Shown here one piece after another: positions 38,160 through 47,168 of a DNA stretch of 64,000 nucleotides. Each line of letters begins with the position of its first letter. Position 1 is the stretch's first letter. The notes below the pieces were generated by a model. That model was given only the letters and a program-made list of their open reading frames with translations, was not told the origin of the DNA and made no database searches. Both the position numbers and the translations under genes were made by a program. The DNA is taken from assembly GCA_035496295.1 (NCBI GenBank), contig DATJET010000199.1:8-64007 (forward strand), read 5' to 3'. The DNA is from Gemmatimonadaceae bacterium. Lineage in GTDB: Bacteria; Gemmatimonadota; Gemmatimonadetes; Gemmatimonadales; Gemmatimonadaceae.

Positions 38160-38186
38160 TGATCGGTCAGGCGCGGCGGAACTTTA
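38160..38186 (-). promoter_or_regulatory. Sigma28 (FliA)-type promoter for flgM
   Basis: The minus strand reads TAAA-N15-ACCGATCA, compared with the consensus TAAA-N15-GCCGATAA. The -10 element ends 8 nt before the ATG, which predicts a near-leaderless mRNA. Confidence 0.45.
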
Positions 38187-38296
38187 GCGGCCTCTAGCGG
38201 GCGCGAACTTCCGGCCGGCCGAGGGCACCAATGCCGCCCGGCAGGCGTGTCCCGGAAATTGTTGCCGGACGCAGTTTCGGTGCGTCATCCACACGC

Positions 38297-39730
38297 ATGG
38301 CTACCATCCTGTGCGTCGATGATGACGAAACGATCTCGCTTCTCCTCGGGGAGACGCTCAAGCAAGCCGGACACGAGCCGCTGAACGCGGCCAACGTTCC
38401 GGACGCCTTGGTGATTCTCGCGCGGGGGAACGTCGATCTCATCATCTCGGATTACCGCATGCCCGGCAACACCGGGCTCGATCTGCTCGCGCACCTCGAG
38501 CGCGAAGGCATCGACACACCGGTAATCATGATGACGGGATACGCAAGCATCGAGCATGCGGTTGCGTCGATCAAAGCAGGCGCGGTGGACTACATCACGA
38601 AGCCCGTGCGCGCCGCGCAGCTCGAGCTCGCGGTCGAGCAAGCGCTGGAGCTCGTTCGGTTGCGACGCGAGAACGCGGCACTCAAGCGCGAGATTATGGA
38701 AGCGCGCAGCGAGCGACAGATCATTGGTGAGAGCCAGGCGATTCGTCGTGCTCTGCAGGCCGCGGCATCCGCTGCACCTACTCGCGCGACGGTGTTGTTG
38801 CAAGGCGAATCGGGCACAGGCAAGGAGCTGTTCGCGCGCGCGATTCACGAGCTGAGCGACCGTCGGGAGAAGCCGTTCATCAAGCTGAATTGCGCCGCGC
38901 TGCCAGAGGGGCTGGTGGAGAGCGCACTCTTTGGACACGAACGTGGCGCGTTCACGGGCGCGCTCAAGCGAGTGGAAGGTGCATTCGAGCGGGCGCACGG
39001 CGGCACGTTGCTGCTCGACGAGATCTCCGAGATGCGTCTGGATCTTCAGGCGAAGCTGCTGCGCGTGCTGCAGGAACAGGAATTCGAGCGTGTGGGTGGG
39101 ACGTCTCCGATTCGCGTCGACGTGCGCGTGATCGCGACCACGAATCGAGACCTCGCGGCGGAAGCAACAGCGGGCCGTTTTCGGCAGGATCTGTTTTTCC
39201 GTCTCAGCGTGATTCCCGTGCGCATTCCGCCGCTTCGCGAGCGACTCGACGACATTCCGATGTTGGCGCATCGGTTCGCGCTCCGCGCCGCAGCCGACTC
39301 GGGCAAAGATGTAGCCGGCATTTCGCCTGAAGCGTTGGCACTGCTGCAGCAGCACGAGTGGCCGGGCAACGTGCGTGAGCTCCAGCACGTGATCGAGCGC
39401 GCGGTTATCCTGAGCTCGGACCCGGTGTTGCAGGCGCGTGCGCTGGACGCGGAGACCTTCCGGAACGGTCGCGGCGTGGCGGTGCAGCAGGCCGCGGCAC
39501 CGGTGGCGAACGGCGCGACCAACGGATCCGGCGCGCTCAATGGTAGTGTGGTGCTGACGTCCCTGAGTCTGGATCGCGCCGAAGAAGTCCTGATCTCCAA
39601 AGCGCTCGAAGTGACGGGACGGAACCGGACTCGCGCCGCCGCGCTCCTCGGCATCTCAGTCCGCACGCTGCGTTACAAGCTGAACGGCCCACCGTCCTCG
39701 TCATCCGCCTCGGAAGCGGCGGACGACTGA
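38297..39730 (+). CDS. Sigma54-dependent response regulator (NtrC/FleR-type bEBP: REC-AAA+-Fis HTH)
   Basis: REC domain with the phospho-acceptor context DLIISDYRMPG. AAA+ motifs GESGTGKE, GAFTGA and LLLDEI. C-terminal HTH AAALLGISVRTLRYKL. Confidence 0.9.
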   Translation: MATILCVDDDETISLLLGETLKQAGHEPLNAANVPDALVILARGNVDLIISDYRMPGNTGLDLLAHLEREGIDTPVIMMTGYASIEHAVASIKAGAVDYITKPVRAAQLELAVEQALELVRLRRENAALKREIMEARSERQIIGESQAIRRALQAAASAAPTRATVLLQGESGTGKELFARAIHELSDRREKPFIKLNCAALPEGLVESALFGHERGAFTGALKRVEGAFERAHGGTLLLDEISEMRLDLQAKLLRVLQEQEFERVGGTSPIRVDVRVIATTNRDLAAEATAGRFRQDLFFRLSVIPVRIPPLRERLDDIPMLAHRFALRAAADSGKDVAGISPEALALLQQHEWPGNVRELQHVIERAVILSSDPVLQARALDAETFRNGRGVAVQQAAAPVANGATNGSGALNGSVVLTSLSLDRAEEVLISKALEVTGRNRTRAAALLGISVRTLRYKLNGPPSSSSASEAADD

Positions 39731-39737
39731 GGGCTTT

Positions 39738-39765
39738 CGGGACGCGGCAAGCGTTGCCCGTCCCG
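39738..39765 (+). terminator. GC-rich hairpin just after the bEBP gene stop (possible terminator; no U-tract)
   Basis: CGGGACGCGGCAA-GCG-TTGCCCGTCCCG, with one bulge. Confidence 0.3.
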
Positions 39766-39859
39766 ATCCGGTAATTCCTTCCGCGGGGCACTCTTGCCCT
39801 GCCTTTCCCTGGCCAAACCGGGCCGGCCGACGCGCGATTTTCTGGCCCGGCAGCGGCCC

Positions 39860-39886
39860 CTAACAGCTGTCGTTGCAAGCTGTTAG
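39860..39886. promoter_or_regulatory. Perfect 9-bp inverted repeat CTAACAGCT-N9-AGCTGTTAG upstream of fliA (candidate operator or RNA hairpin)
   Basis: The arms at 39860-39868 and 39878-39886 are exact reverse complements. The repeat lies about 130 nt upstream of the fliA ATG. Confidence 0.4.
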
Positions 39887-40012
39887 ATGATCGCGACTCG
39901 TCGTTCGGAGCGCATGAATTCTGTCCAATCCGGCGTGGAACGTCGGTTGCTTTTGATGGGGCCGCCGGACGGATGAATCCGCTGTCCGGCGCGACTCCTT
40001 CAGAGAGGCACG

Positions 40013-40774
40013 ATGTCGGACGCGGAATTGTGGCAGCGGTTGGCGGCAGGCGACGAACAGTGTCGTGAACGGCTCATGGCGACCCATCTCAGCCTCGTGT
40101 ACCACGTGGCGCGCGGTGTCCACCGCCGGTTGGGCGGCGCCGCGGAGCTGGACGAGCTGGTGAGCGCGGGCACGCTGGGCCTTGCCGAGGCGATCGACCG
40201 CTTCGACCCGAACCGCGGACTGGCCTTCAGCACCTACGCGGTACCGCGCATCCACGGCGCGATCGTGGACGAGCTGCGCCGGCTGGACCACGTTCCGTCG
40301 TCGATTCGCCGCCGGGCGCGTGCGTTAGGCGCCACGCAAGCCGGCCTGGCGCACGACCTTGGCCGCGCACCGATGCCGAAAGAGACGGCACTTCGGATGG
40401 GCGTGGACGTCGAGACGGTGACGCGCTGGCAGTCGGACGCGGCGAGCACGATGATGCTGCGGCTGGACGATCCGATGCCGGGCAGCAGTGAGGACGGCGA
40501 GGCTCGGACGTGGGGTGAATCGCTCGCGGCGAGCGACGGCGTCGAGGTGGAGGCGCGGCTCACGCGGGAACAGGAAATCGAGCGCCTGCGCGCCGCGTTG
40601 CTCGAGCTGCCGGACGTGGAGCGCCGGGTGTTGACGCTCTATTTCCTCGAGGAGCTCAAGCTGCAGGACATCGCGCGGGTGCTCGAGGTGACCGAATCGC
40701 GCGTGTCGCAGATCAAGCAGAAGGCGATGAGCCGCCTGCGTACCGCGCTCGCGCCGATGCGGTCCGTTGCCTAA
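40013..40774 (+). CDS. fliA: RNA polymerase sigma factor, FliA/WhiG (sigma28) family
   Basis: Region 2 is LVSAGTLGLAEAIDRFDPNRGLAFSTYAVPRIHGAI. Region 4 is LKLQDIARVLEVTESRVSQIKQKAM. Confidence 0.85.
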   Translation: MSDAELWQRLAAGDEQCRERLMATHLSLVYHVARGVHRRLGGAAELDELVSAGTLGLAEAIDRFDPNRGLAFSTYAVPRIHGAIVDELRRLDHVPSSIRRRARALGATQAGLAHDLGRAPMPKETALRMGVDVETVTRWQSDAASTMMLRLDDPMPGSSEDGEARTWGESLAASDGVEVEARLTREQEIERLRAALLELPDVERRVLTLYFLEELKLQDIARVLEVTESRVSQIKQKAMSRLRTALAPMRSVA

Positions 40775-40782
40775 CGCCTAAC
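40769..40782 (-). repeat. Back-to-back tandem pair GCCTAAC-GCCTAAC at the fliA/kinase-like convergent junction
   Basis: The first copy supplies the fliA TAA stop (40772-40774). The second copy supplies the opposite-strand TAG stop (40778-40780). Confidence 0.9.
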
Positions 40783-41473
40783 CGGAAGCGCGGTCGCGGC
40801 GGCGCGCCGCGGCCAGCGTCGGCATCCGCAGCTCGTATCGCGCGCCGCCCGGCGTTTCGAAGATTCCGATGGCCGGCACGCCCGCGTTTGTTTCGTCGGG
40901 CAACGCTCCTGCGCCAACCGCATCGCCCGCCGCGGCACCGACCACGACCCACCGCGCATCCCCCCGCACGTCCACTTGCACGCGCGGAGGCTGCAGTCGC
41001 CGTGCGGCGCGCATGGCTGCAACCACGAGCGCGGGCACGATGCGGCCCACCTGGCCGGCGTCCACGAAAGCGGGCTGCACACCGGCCGTGAGACGGACAT
41101 CGCACGGCGTACCCACGACATCCGGATGACGGCCCGCCAAGTCGACGAGCGGCGCGAGCACGTCGGCGATGTTGAGCGGTTCCGCGGGCGCCGGTGCCGC
41201 GGGCGACAGCAGGCGGAACTGCTGCAACAGCGCGTCGAGGCGGACGGCCTCCGAGGCCAGCACGGTACGCGTGGTCGTGACGGCGCTTGCGTCGCCGGCC
41301 AGGTCCGCGAGCGTCGTGATGGCCATCACCCGGTTGCTCAGCGCGTGCGTAAGGCCGCGCAGGACCGCATCGCGCACCGTGCTCCACGCGATGTCCAACG
41401 GAAGGGTTTCGCCGGGCTGGCCCGTGGGAATGTACGTAGGAGGACTCGGTGGGGATGGTGTGGAGGAAGCCAC
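40778..41473 (-). CDS. Histidine-kinase-like protein (HisKA-like His, degenerate ATPase domain, no sensor domain)
   Basis: Contains GLTHALSNRVMAI (H-box-like). The C-terminal alpha/beta region has weak N/G-box remnants. GTG start. Confidence 0.45.
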   Translation of the reverse strand: MASSTPSPPSPPTYIPTGQPGETLPLDIAWSTVRDAVLRGLTHALSNRVMAITTLADLAGDASAVTTTRTVLASEAVRLDALLQQFRLLSPAAPAPAEPLNIADVLAPLVDLAGRHPDVVGTPCDVRLTAGVQPAFVDAGQVGRIVPALVVAAMRAARRLQPPRVQVDVRGDARWVVVGAAAGDAVGAGALPDETNAGVPAIGIFETPGGARYELRMPTLAAARRRDRASG

Positions 41474-41535
41474 GGATTGCGGGTGAGGTCGAAGATAGCT
41501 CGGGCGCGTCGGGGCGCGAGGGTCGGAGGGTTGCC

Positions 41536-42864
41536 TTACGGAAGAGCCGTGCGGCGGCGTCGCATCGCGGCGAACACCACGGGCCCGAGGAGCGCAGCAG
41601 CGACGGCGCCTGCGACGGCCGGCCGCCCGTACTCGCCGTCGCGCATCTCCAGTGCGACGACGCCGAGCAGGATGACCATCGGGAGCACCGCGAGCACCGT
41701 GACGCCGGCGCGCCCGACGGGGATGCGGAAGACGCCGCGCAGGTCAGGCTCCGTACGGCGGAGCTGGATCAGCGCGCCGAATTCCAGAAAGAGCGCCATC
41801 GCGTAGAGCAGCACATCGGCCACGACGAGTCCCTGGATGGAAAGCAGCACGAACACCGAGTAGCAGACCGCGGACACGAGGACCGCGTTGCGCGGCGTGC
41901 CGCGCGTATCGGTGCGTCCGAGCCAGGCCGGCAGGTAGCCGTCGAGCGCCATGGCCAACGGGATGCGCGAGTAGGAGAGCAGGAGCGCGTTGAAGAGCGC
42001 GAGCGCACTCACCATGCCGGCGACGCCGATCCAGACGGCAATCGCGGATCCGCCTAACGAACCGGCCGCGGCCCGCGCGATCTCGGGCCACGCGCCGTCG
42101 CTCCACCGGGTCCAGTCGGTGGCGGCGAGCGCCGCGCACAGGGCCGTGAGGTAGCCGAGCGTGACTAACGGCAGAGCGACGGCGAGGGCGCGCGGGTAGC
42201 TGCGCGAGGCGTCCACGACTTCCCCCTGCACCGTCGACGCGTTGTCCCAACCGATGTAGTTCCAGAGCGCGATCGAGAGACCGATGCCCAACGCGCCGGC
42301 GGGCGTGCTCCCGGGTTTGAGTACGGGGAGCCACGGCACATGCGTGACGTGCGGCAGCGCGGCAAGCGACATCGCCAGAAAGGCGAGAATGATGCATGCG
42401 CCGGCCAGCACGGACACACGCCCAACGGGCAGCGCGCCGCGCAGGTTGATCGCGGCCGCGGTCCAGATCACGACCAGCGCCACGAGCCACTTGGCGTCGG
42501 CGCCCAACGACGGGAAGAAGTAGCCCAGGTACTGCGTGAACAGCACCGGGTAGATGGCCATGTCGACCAACGAATACATCCACGTCCACCAGCCGTTCTG
42601 CACGGCCCAGAAGGGGCCGAACGCCCGACGCACCCACCGATAGTAGCCGCCCTCCTCCGGCAGCATGCTGGCCAGCTCGCCTATGATCAGCGCCTCCGGT
42701 ACGGACCAGAGCAACGGGACGAGCAGCATGATCAGCAGCGCCAGTCCCGGTCCAACTTCTGCCACGAGACCTTCGGTGGTGAACGGACCGCCCGAGGTGG
42801 TGAAGTAGAGGACGAAGACGAGCGAGAGGACGGTGAGCGATCGCTTGAGCACCAGTGCGGTCAC
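41536..42864 (-). CDS. APC-superfamily amino acid permease
   Basis: 442 aa, 12 TM segments, with YFTTSGGPFTTEGLV and ELASMLPEEGGYYRWV, typical of APC permeases. Confidence 0.8.
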   Translation of the reverse strand: MTALVLKRSLTVLSLVFVLYFTTSGGPFTTEGLVAEVGPGLALLIMLLVPLLWSVPEALIIGELASMLPEEGGYYRWVRRAFGPFWAVQNGWWTWMYSLVDMAIYPVLFTQYLGYFFPSLGADAKWLVALVVIWTAAAINLRGALPVGRVSVLAGACIILAFLAMSLAALPHVTHVPWLPVLKPGSTPAGALGIGLSIALWNYIGWDNASTVQGEVVDASRSYPRALAVALPLVTLGYLTALCAALAATDWTRWSDGAWPEIARAAAGSLGGSAIAVWIGVAGMVSALALFNALLLSYSRIPLAMALDGYLPAWLGRTDTRGTPRNAVLVSAVCYSVFVLLSIQGLVVADVLLYAMALFLEFGALIQLRRTEPDLRGVFRIPVGRAGVTVLAVLPMVILLGVVALEMRDGEYGRPAVAGAVAAALLGPVVFAAMRRRRTALP

Positions 42865-43063
42865 CTGTGAGGCAGAAGCAACAGGTCGCCGCTTGTCGCG
42901 ACGACTAAAGCACGCGTATCATCGAAGGGAGGCGTGGCATGATAGCTGCCGACACCGGGGCGCGCGATGGACTTGGCGCGCGACCGCCGGCCCGCGTAGG
43001 CCCCGGCCCAAGTCCCACGCGGCACCGTTTTCCGCCTCGCCCTGCGATCCATCGTCCCCGGAT

Positions 43064-43966
43064 ATGTCCGACCTCGTGTTAGCCAGAGACGTTCCGTCGC
43101 CGCAGCGGCGTTCCTTGCTGCGCGATCTCCGTGAGATCGCGGTGGACGAGTTGTGGAAGTATCGCGAGCTGCTCTACGAGCTCACGCTGCGCGACGTGCG
43201 CATCCGATACAAGCAGGCGGTGATGGGATTCGCGTGGGCGATCCTCATGCCCGCGTTGATCGTGGCAGCGGGTACGCTGGTGCGGTTCGCGATGGCGTAC
43301 ATGAGCGGCGGGCACGTCGCGCGCGACGTGATTGCGGGCATGGCGGTGAAGGCCTTACCGTGGGCATTCTTCGTGGGCGCGATCGGATTCGCGACGAGCA
43401 GCTTGACGGGCAATCTGCCGTTGGTGTCGAAGATCTACTTTCCGCGCGAGGTGCTGCCGTTGTCGGCGACGTTCGCGCAATCGTTCGACTCGACGATCGG
43501 CGCGATCACGGTGGGCGCCGCGCTACCGTTCCTCGGCGTCCACTATGGACTCACGGCGCTGTGGGTGCCGCTGCTGGCCGTCCTGATCTTCTGCGTGACA
43601 GCCGGCGCGGCACTTTTTCTGGGGTGCGCGAATCTCTTCTTTCGCGACGTCAAATACATCGTGCAGGTGCTGCTCACCTTCGGGATCTTCTTCACGCCCG
43701 TGTTCTTCGAGCCGCGCATGTTCGGTCCGTTAGGCGCGCGTCTGATGATGCTGAACCCGTTGGCGCCGCTGCTCGAGGGCCTGCGGCTGAGCATCGTGGA
43801 GGGACACAACTTGCTGGAGCCGCTCGTCTTGGTCGGCAACAAGGGCGCGGTGGTCGCGTGGAGTCCTTGGTATCTCGCGTACGGCGCGACCTGGGCCGTG
43901 GTCGGGCTCATCGTGAGCGTGCTGGTGTTTCACCGCACCGAGGGCAAGTTCGCCGAATATGTCTGA
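43064..43966 (+). CDS. ABC-2 type polysaccharide/O-antigen export permease (Wzm/TagG-like)
   Basis: Contains ELLYELTLRDVRIRYKQAVMGFAWAILMP (ABC-2 signature region) and 6 TM segments. Confidence 0.8.
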   Translation: MSDLVLARDVPSPQRRSLLRDLREIAVDELWKYRELLYELTLRDVRIRYKQAVMGFAWAILMPALIVAAGTLVRFAMAYMSGGHVARDVIAGMAVKALPWAFFVGAIGFATSSLTGNLPLVSKIYFPREVLPLSATFAQSFDSTIGAITVGAALPFLGVHYGLTALWVPLLAVLIFCVTAGAALFLGCANLFFRDVKYIVQVLLTFGIFFTPVFFEPRMFGPLGARLMMLNPLAPLLEGLRLSIVEGHNLLEPLVLVGNKGAVVAWSPWYLAYGATWAVVGLIVSVLVFHRTEGKFAEYV

Positions 43967-45185
43967 CCTGACGGACGCGCCTCGTATCGAATTCGACCAC
44001 GTGTGGAAGAAGTTCGCGCGAGGCGAGCTGCACGACAGCCTGCGCGATCTGGTGCCGGCGACGGTGCGCCGTCTCGCGGGGCGCATGCCGCCGCGCGACG
44101 AGCTGTCGGGTGAAGAGTTCTGGGCGGTGAGCGATGTGTCGTTCGAGGTGGGCCCGGGCGAAGCGCTCGGCATCCTCGGGCCTAACGGAGCGGGCAAGTC
44201 GACCATCCTCAAGCTGCTGACGCGGATTCTGGTGCCCACGCGCGGACAGTGCTCGATCACCGGGCGCGCGGGCGCGCTGATCGAAGTGGCGGCAGGCTTC
44301 CATCCCGATCTCACCGGGCGCGAGAACGTCTTTCTGCAGGGCGCCATCCTCGGCATGAAGCGGCGCGAGATCCGCAGCCGCTTCGACGAGATCGTGTCGT
44401 TCGCCGAGATCGAGGCATTCATCGACACGCCCGTCAAGCGGTATTCGAACGGCATGAACGCGCGGCTCGGCTTCGCGATCGCGGCGCACATCAGCCCCGA
44501 TGTGCTGGTCATCGACGAGGTGTTGTCGGTGGGCGATCTGCGATTTCAGCAGAAGGCGTTCGACCGGATACAGGAGATGTGCACGAGCGGTATTCCAGTG
44601 GTGCTCGTGTCGCATCAACTCGAGCGCATCGCGTCCCTGTGCACGCACGCGCTGCTGTTGGAGCGAGGGCGGGTGGCGAAGCGCGGCACGCCCACCGAGT
44701 GCATCGAGGCGTATCTCGAGATCTCGCGGAACGGCGACCCGGGGGCGGGACACACGTCGGGACTCACGTTCGATGCGCTGTCACTCGAGTCGCCGCTGCC
44801 GGTGCGATCGGGCGAGCGGGCGCACTTTCGATTGAGCGGCGCGGTGGCCCACGGCGGCGATGAGGCGTCGCGCGACTTCACGCTGCGTGTGCGGGCCCTG
44901 TCTACCGGTCGTCTGATCTTCAGTGCGTCGGCACAGGATTGCGGCGCGTCGATGCCCGCGGGCGGGCCGTTCGAGGTGGATGTGGAGTTGCAGTTCAACG
45001 TGGCGCCGGGTATCTACGGCCTCGAGCTCGCGGTATGGGATGCCGAGACGCGGCGGGACGTGGTGTCGGGGCCGGGCGTGACCGTGCAGGTGGAGACAGG
45101 CGCGCTCACGTTCTCGGGGACGTCGCATCTCTTACCGCGGGCGCGCGTGCTGCCCGTCGCAAAGGCAGCCGGCGCCTCTCGTTAG
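43959..45185 (+). CDS. Polysaccharide export ABC ATPase (Wzt/TagH-like) with C-terminal extra domain
   Basis: Walker A GPNGAGKST, signature YSNGMNARL, Walker B VLVIDEV. C-terminal beta-rich domain of about 150 aa. Overlaps the permease gene by 8 nt. The TAG stop lies inside a GTTAGGC copy. Confidence 0.85.
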   Translation: MSDLTDAPRIEFDHVWKKFARGELHDSLRDLVPATVRRLAGRMPPRDELSGEEFWAVSDVSFEVGPGEALGILGPNGAGKSTILKLLTRILVPTRGQCSITGRAGALIEVAAGFHPDLTGRENVFLQGAILGMKRREIRSRFDEIVSFAEIEAFIDTPVKRYSNGMNARLGFAIAAHISPDVLVIDEVLSVGDLRFQQKAFDRIQEMCTSGIPVVLVSHQLERIASLCTHALLLERGRVAKRGTPTECIEAYLEISRNGDPGAGHTSGLTFDALSLESPLPVRSGERAHFRLSGAVAHGGDEASRDFTLRVRALSTGRLIFSASAQDCGASMPAGGPFEVDVELQFNVAPGIYGLELAVWDAETRRDVVSGPGVTVQVETGALTFSGTSHLLPRARVLPVAKAAGASR

Positions 45186-45204
45186 GCGCTTTCCCTCTTC
45201 GACC

Positions 45205-46245
45205 GTGTCGACCGTGATTCCGCAGCTGCGCATCCGGACAGCAACCGCGAGCGATGCCGCCCGCCGGGCCTGCACGGTGGTGCATGCGTTAGGCGAGCGG
45301 CTGGAGCGCACCGTCCGGCCGCTGCTCGCCGGCGTCACGCGCGCCGCGCTGCTCGATGTGCCGACACACCAGAACGTTGGCGACAGCGCGATCCACCTGG
45401 GGACGCTCGCGCTGCTGCGACGCGCCGGCGTGCGCGTGTGCTACGCGTGCAGCCTCGAGACGTACGCGCCGGCCACGCTCGCCCGCCGGTTAGGCGGGGG
45501 TGTGATTCTGCTATCGGGCGGTGGAAACCTCGGCGACCTGTGGCCGCTGCACCAGCAGCTGCGCGAGCGCGTGCTGGCCGATTTCCCGGACGTGCCCGTG
45601 ATCCAGCTGCCGCAGTCGATGCATTTCCGCGAGCCGGCCGCGTTGGCGCGCGCACGGTCGGCGTTCGGCGCGCACCGGCGTCTCACGCTGCTGCTCCGCG
45701 ACGACCGCAGTCTCGCGGCGGCGCGCACCGCCTTCGACGCGCCGAGCGACGTGTGTCCCGATCTGGCGTTCGCGTTAGGCCCGCTGCCGAGGCCGGTCGC
45801 GCCGACGGCGCGGGTCGTGTGGCTCGCTCGGCGCGACCGCGAGGCCGCGCCGCACGCGCACGCCGGCAGCTACCCGACGTTCGATTGGGCGCTGCGGCCG
45901 CGCTCCGCCCTATCCCGCGTCGAGCGATTCGGCCACACGTTGACCTCTGTGCACCCGCGCCTCGAGCCGTATGCGCAAGGTCCGTTGAGAGGGTTGAGCA
46001 TCATCGCGTCGCGGGAGCGTGTGCGCAGCGGATGCACCATGCTCGCCGCCGGCGACACCGTGATCACGGACCGCCTCCACGGGCACATCCTGAGCCTCAT
46101 GCTCGGCAGCCCGCACGCGGTGCTCGACAACAGCTACGGCAAGGTGCGCTCGTTCTACGAAACGTGGACCCGCGACGCGCCGATCGTGCACTGGGCGGAG
46201 ACGCCGGCGGAGGCTGTGCGAACGGTGGAGCAATGGACGTCGTGA
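45205..46245 (+). CDS. Polysaccharide pyruvyl transferase family protein
   Basis: Contains GDSAIHLGT, GGGNLGDLW and TDRLHGHILSLMLGSPHAVLDNSYGK (PS_pyruv_trans pattern). GTG start. Confidence 0.75.
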   Translation: MSTVIPQLRIRTATASDAARRACTVVHALGERLERTVRPLLAGVTRAALLDVPTHQNVGDSAIHLGTLALLRRAGVRVCYACSLETYAPATLARRLGGGVILLSGGGNLGDLWPLHQQLRERVLADFPDVPVIQLPQSMHFREPAALARARSAFGAHRRLTLLLRDDRSLAAARTAFDAPSDVCPDLAFALGPLPRPVAPTARVVWLARRDREAAPHAHAGSYPTFDWALRPRSALSRVERFGHTLTSVHPRLEPYAQGPLRGLSIIASRERVRSGCTMLAAGDTVITDRLHGHILSLMLGSPHAVLDNSYGKVRSFYETWTRDAPIVHWAETPAEAVRTVEQWTS

Positions 46246-47168
46246 CCGCGCGTGCCGCGCCGGCGGTGGATGTCAGCGTCATCGTGTGCACCCGGAATCG
46301 CAGCGACGCGATGGCGCGGCTGCTCGAGCAATTGGAGCGGCTCGTCGTGCCAACCGGCCTGCGCTGGGAGCTGATCGTCGTCGACAATGCGTCCACGGAC
46401 GACACGGCGTCGATGCTCGCATCGCTCCAGAGCCCGTTGCCGATGCGCGTCGTGCGCGAAGGCATTCCCGGCGTTTCGCGGGCGCGCAACGCGGGGATCG
46501 CGGCTGCGCGCGGCGATCTCCTGCTCTTCACCGACGACGACTGCCTCCCTGATGCGCGGTGGCTCACGACCATCCACGAGGAATTCGCTCGCGCCCCGTC
46601 GCTTGGCGTGTTAGGCGGGCGGGTGGAGTTGTTCGACCTGCGCGACCGGCCGACCACGACGCGCACGTCGCGGACGCGCGGCGAGATCTCGGCGTCGTTC
46701 AATCTGGACGGGATCATCGGCTGCAATCTGGCGTTCCGGCGGTCGGCGCTCGCGGTGACCGGTCCGTTCGATGTTGGGTTAGGCGGCGGCACCGGCGCCG
46801 GCGCCGGCGAAGACGTGGATTTGGTCTACCGCAGCCTGCGCGCCGGCTTGCGTGTCGAGTATTCGCCGGATGCGCTGGTGTATCACAACCACGGGCGGCG
46901 CACGGACGCGCAGGTGCGGGCGCTCACCCGCGCGTACACCCGCGCGCGCGGCGCGTTGTTCTGCAAGTACGTGATGGCCGGCGATCGCGGCATCCTGCCG
47001 CGCATCCGGCAGGACCTCTTCTATTACGGCCGCTCGCTGGCCGTCGACGTGCGGGCCGGGCGGTTCCCGACGCGGGTGGTGCGGCACTATTACCACCTCG
47101 GCCTCGGCGCGATGTACTGGCTCCGCCACCTCCTAACGCAGGGCCGCCGGGGGCGCGACGCCGCCTAG
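46233..47168 (+). CDS. Family 2 glycosyltransferase
   Basis: Contains VSVIVCTRNRS, VVDNASTDDT and LLFTDDDCLP (DxD motif). Overlaps the upstream gene by 13 nt. Confidence 0.85.
   Translation: MDVVTARAAPAVDVSVIVCTRNRSDAMARLLEQLERLVVPTGLRWELIVVDNASTDDTASMLASLQSPLPMRVVREGIPGVSRARNAGIAAARGDLLLFTDDDCLPDARWLTTIHEEFARAPSLGVLGGRVELFDLRDRPTTTRTSRTRGEISASFNLDGIIGCNLAFRRSALAVTGPFDVGLGGGTGAGAGEDVDLVYRSLRAGLRVEYSPDALVYHNHGRRTDAQVRALTRAYTRARGALFCKYVMAGDRGILPRIRQDLFYYGRSLAVDVRAGRFPTRVVRHYYHLGLGAMYWLRHLLTQGRRGRDAA

Noticed and set aside
39843-39857. A sigma54-like element TGGCCC-N7-GC upstream of fliA.
   Set aside because: It keeps only the GG and GC dinucleotides, and the -12 region reads CGGC instead of TTGC. 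In GC-rich DNA such matches arise by chance. It should stay a hypothesis only.
47165-47168. Convergent GT2 and outer-membrane-protein genes share the palindrome CTAG as overlapping TAG stops on opposite strands.
   Set aside because: It is a neat arrangement but expected occasionally in compact genomes. No further structure is associated with it.
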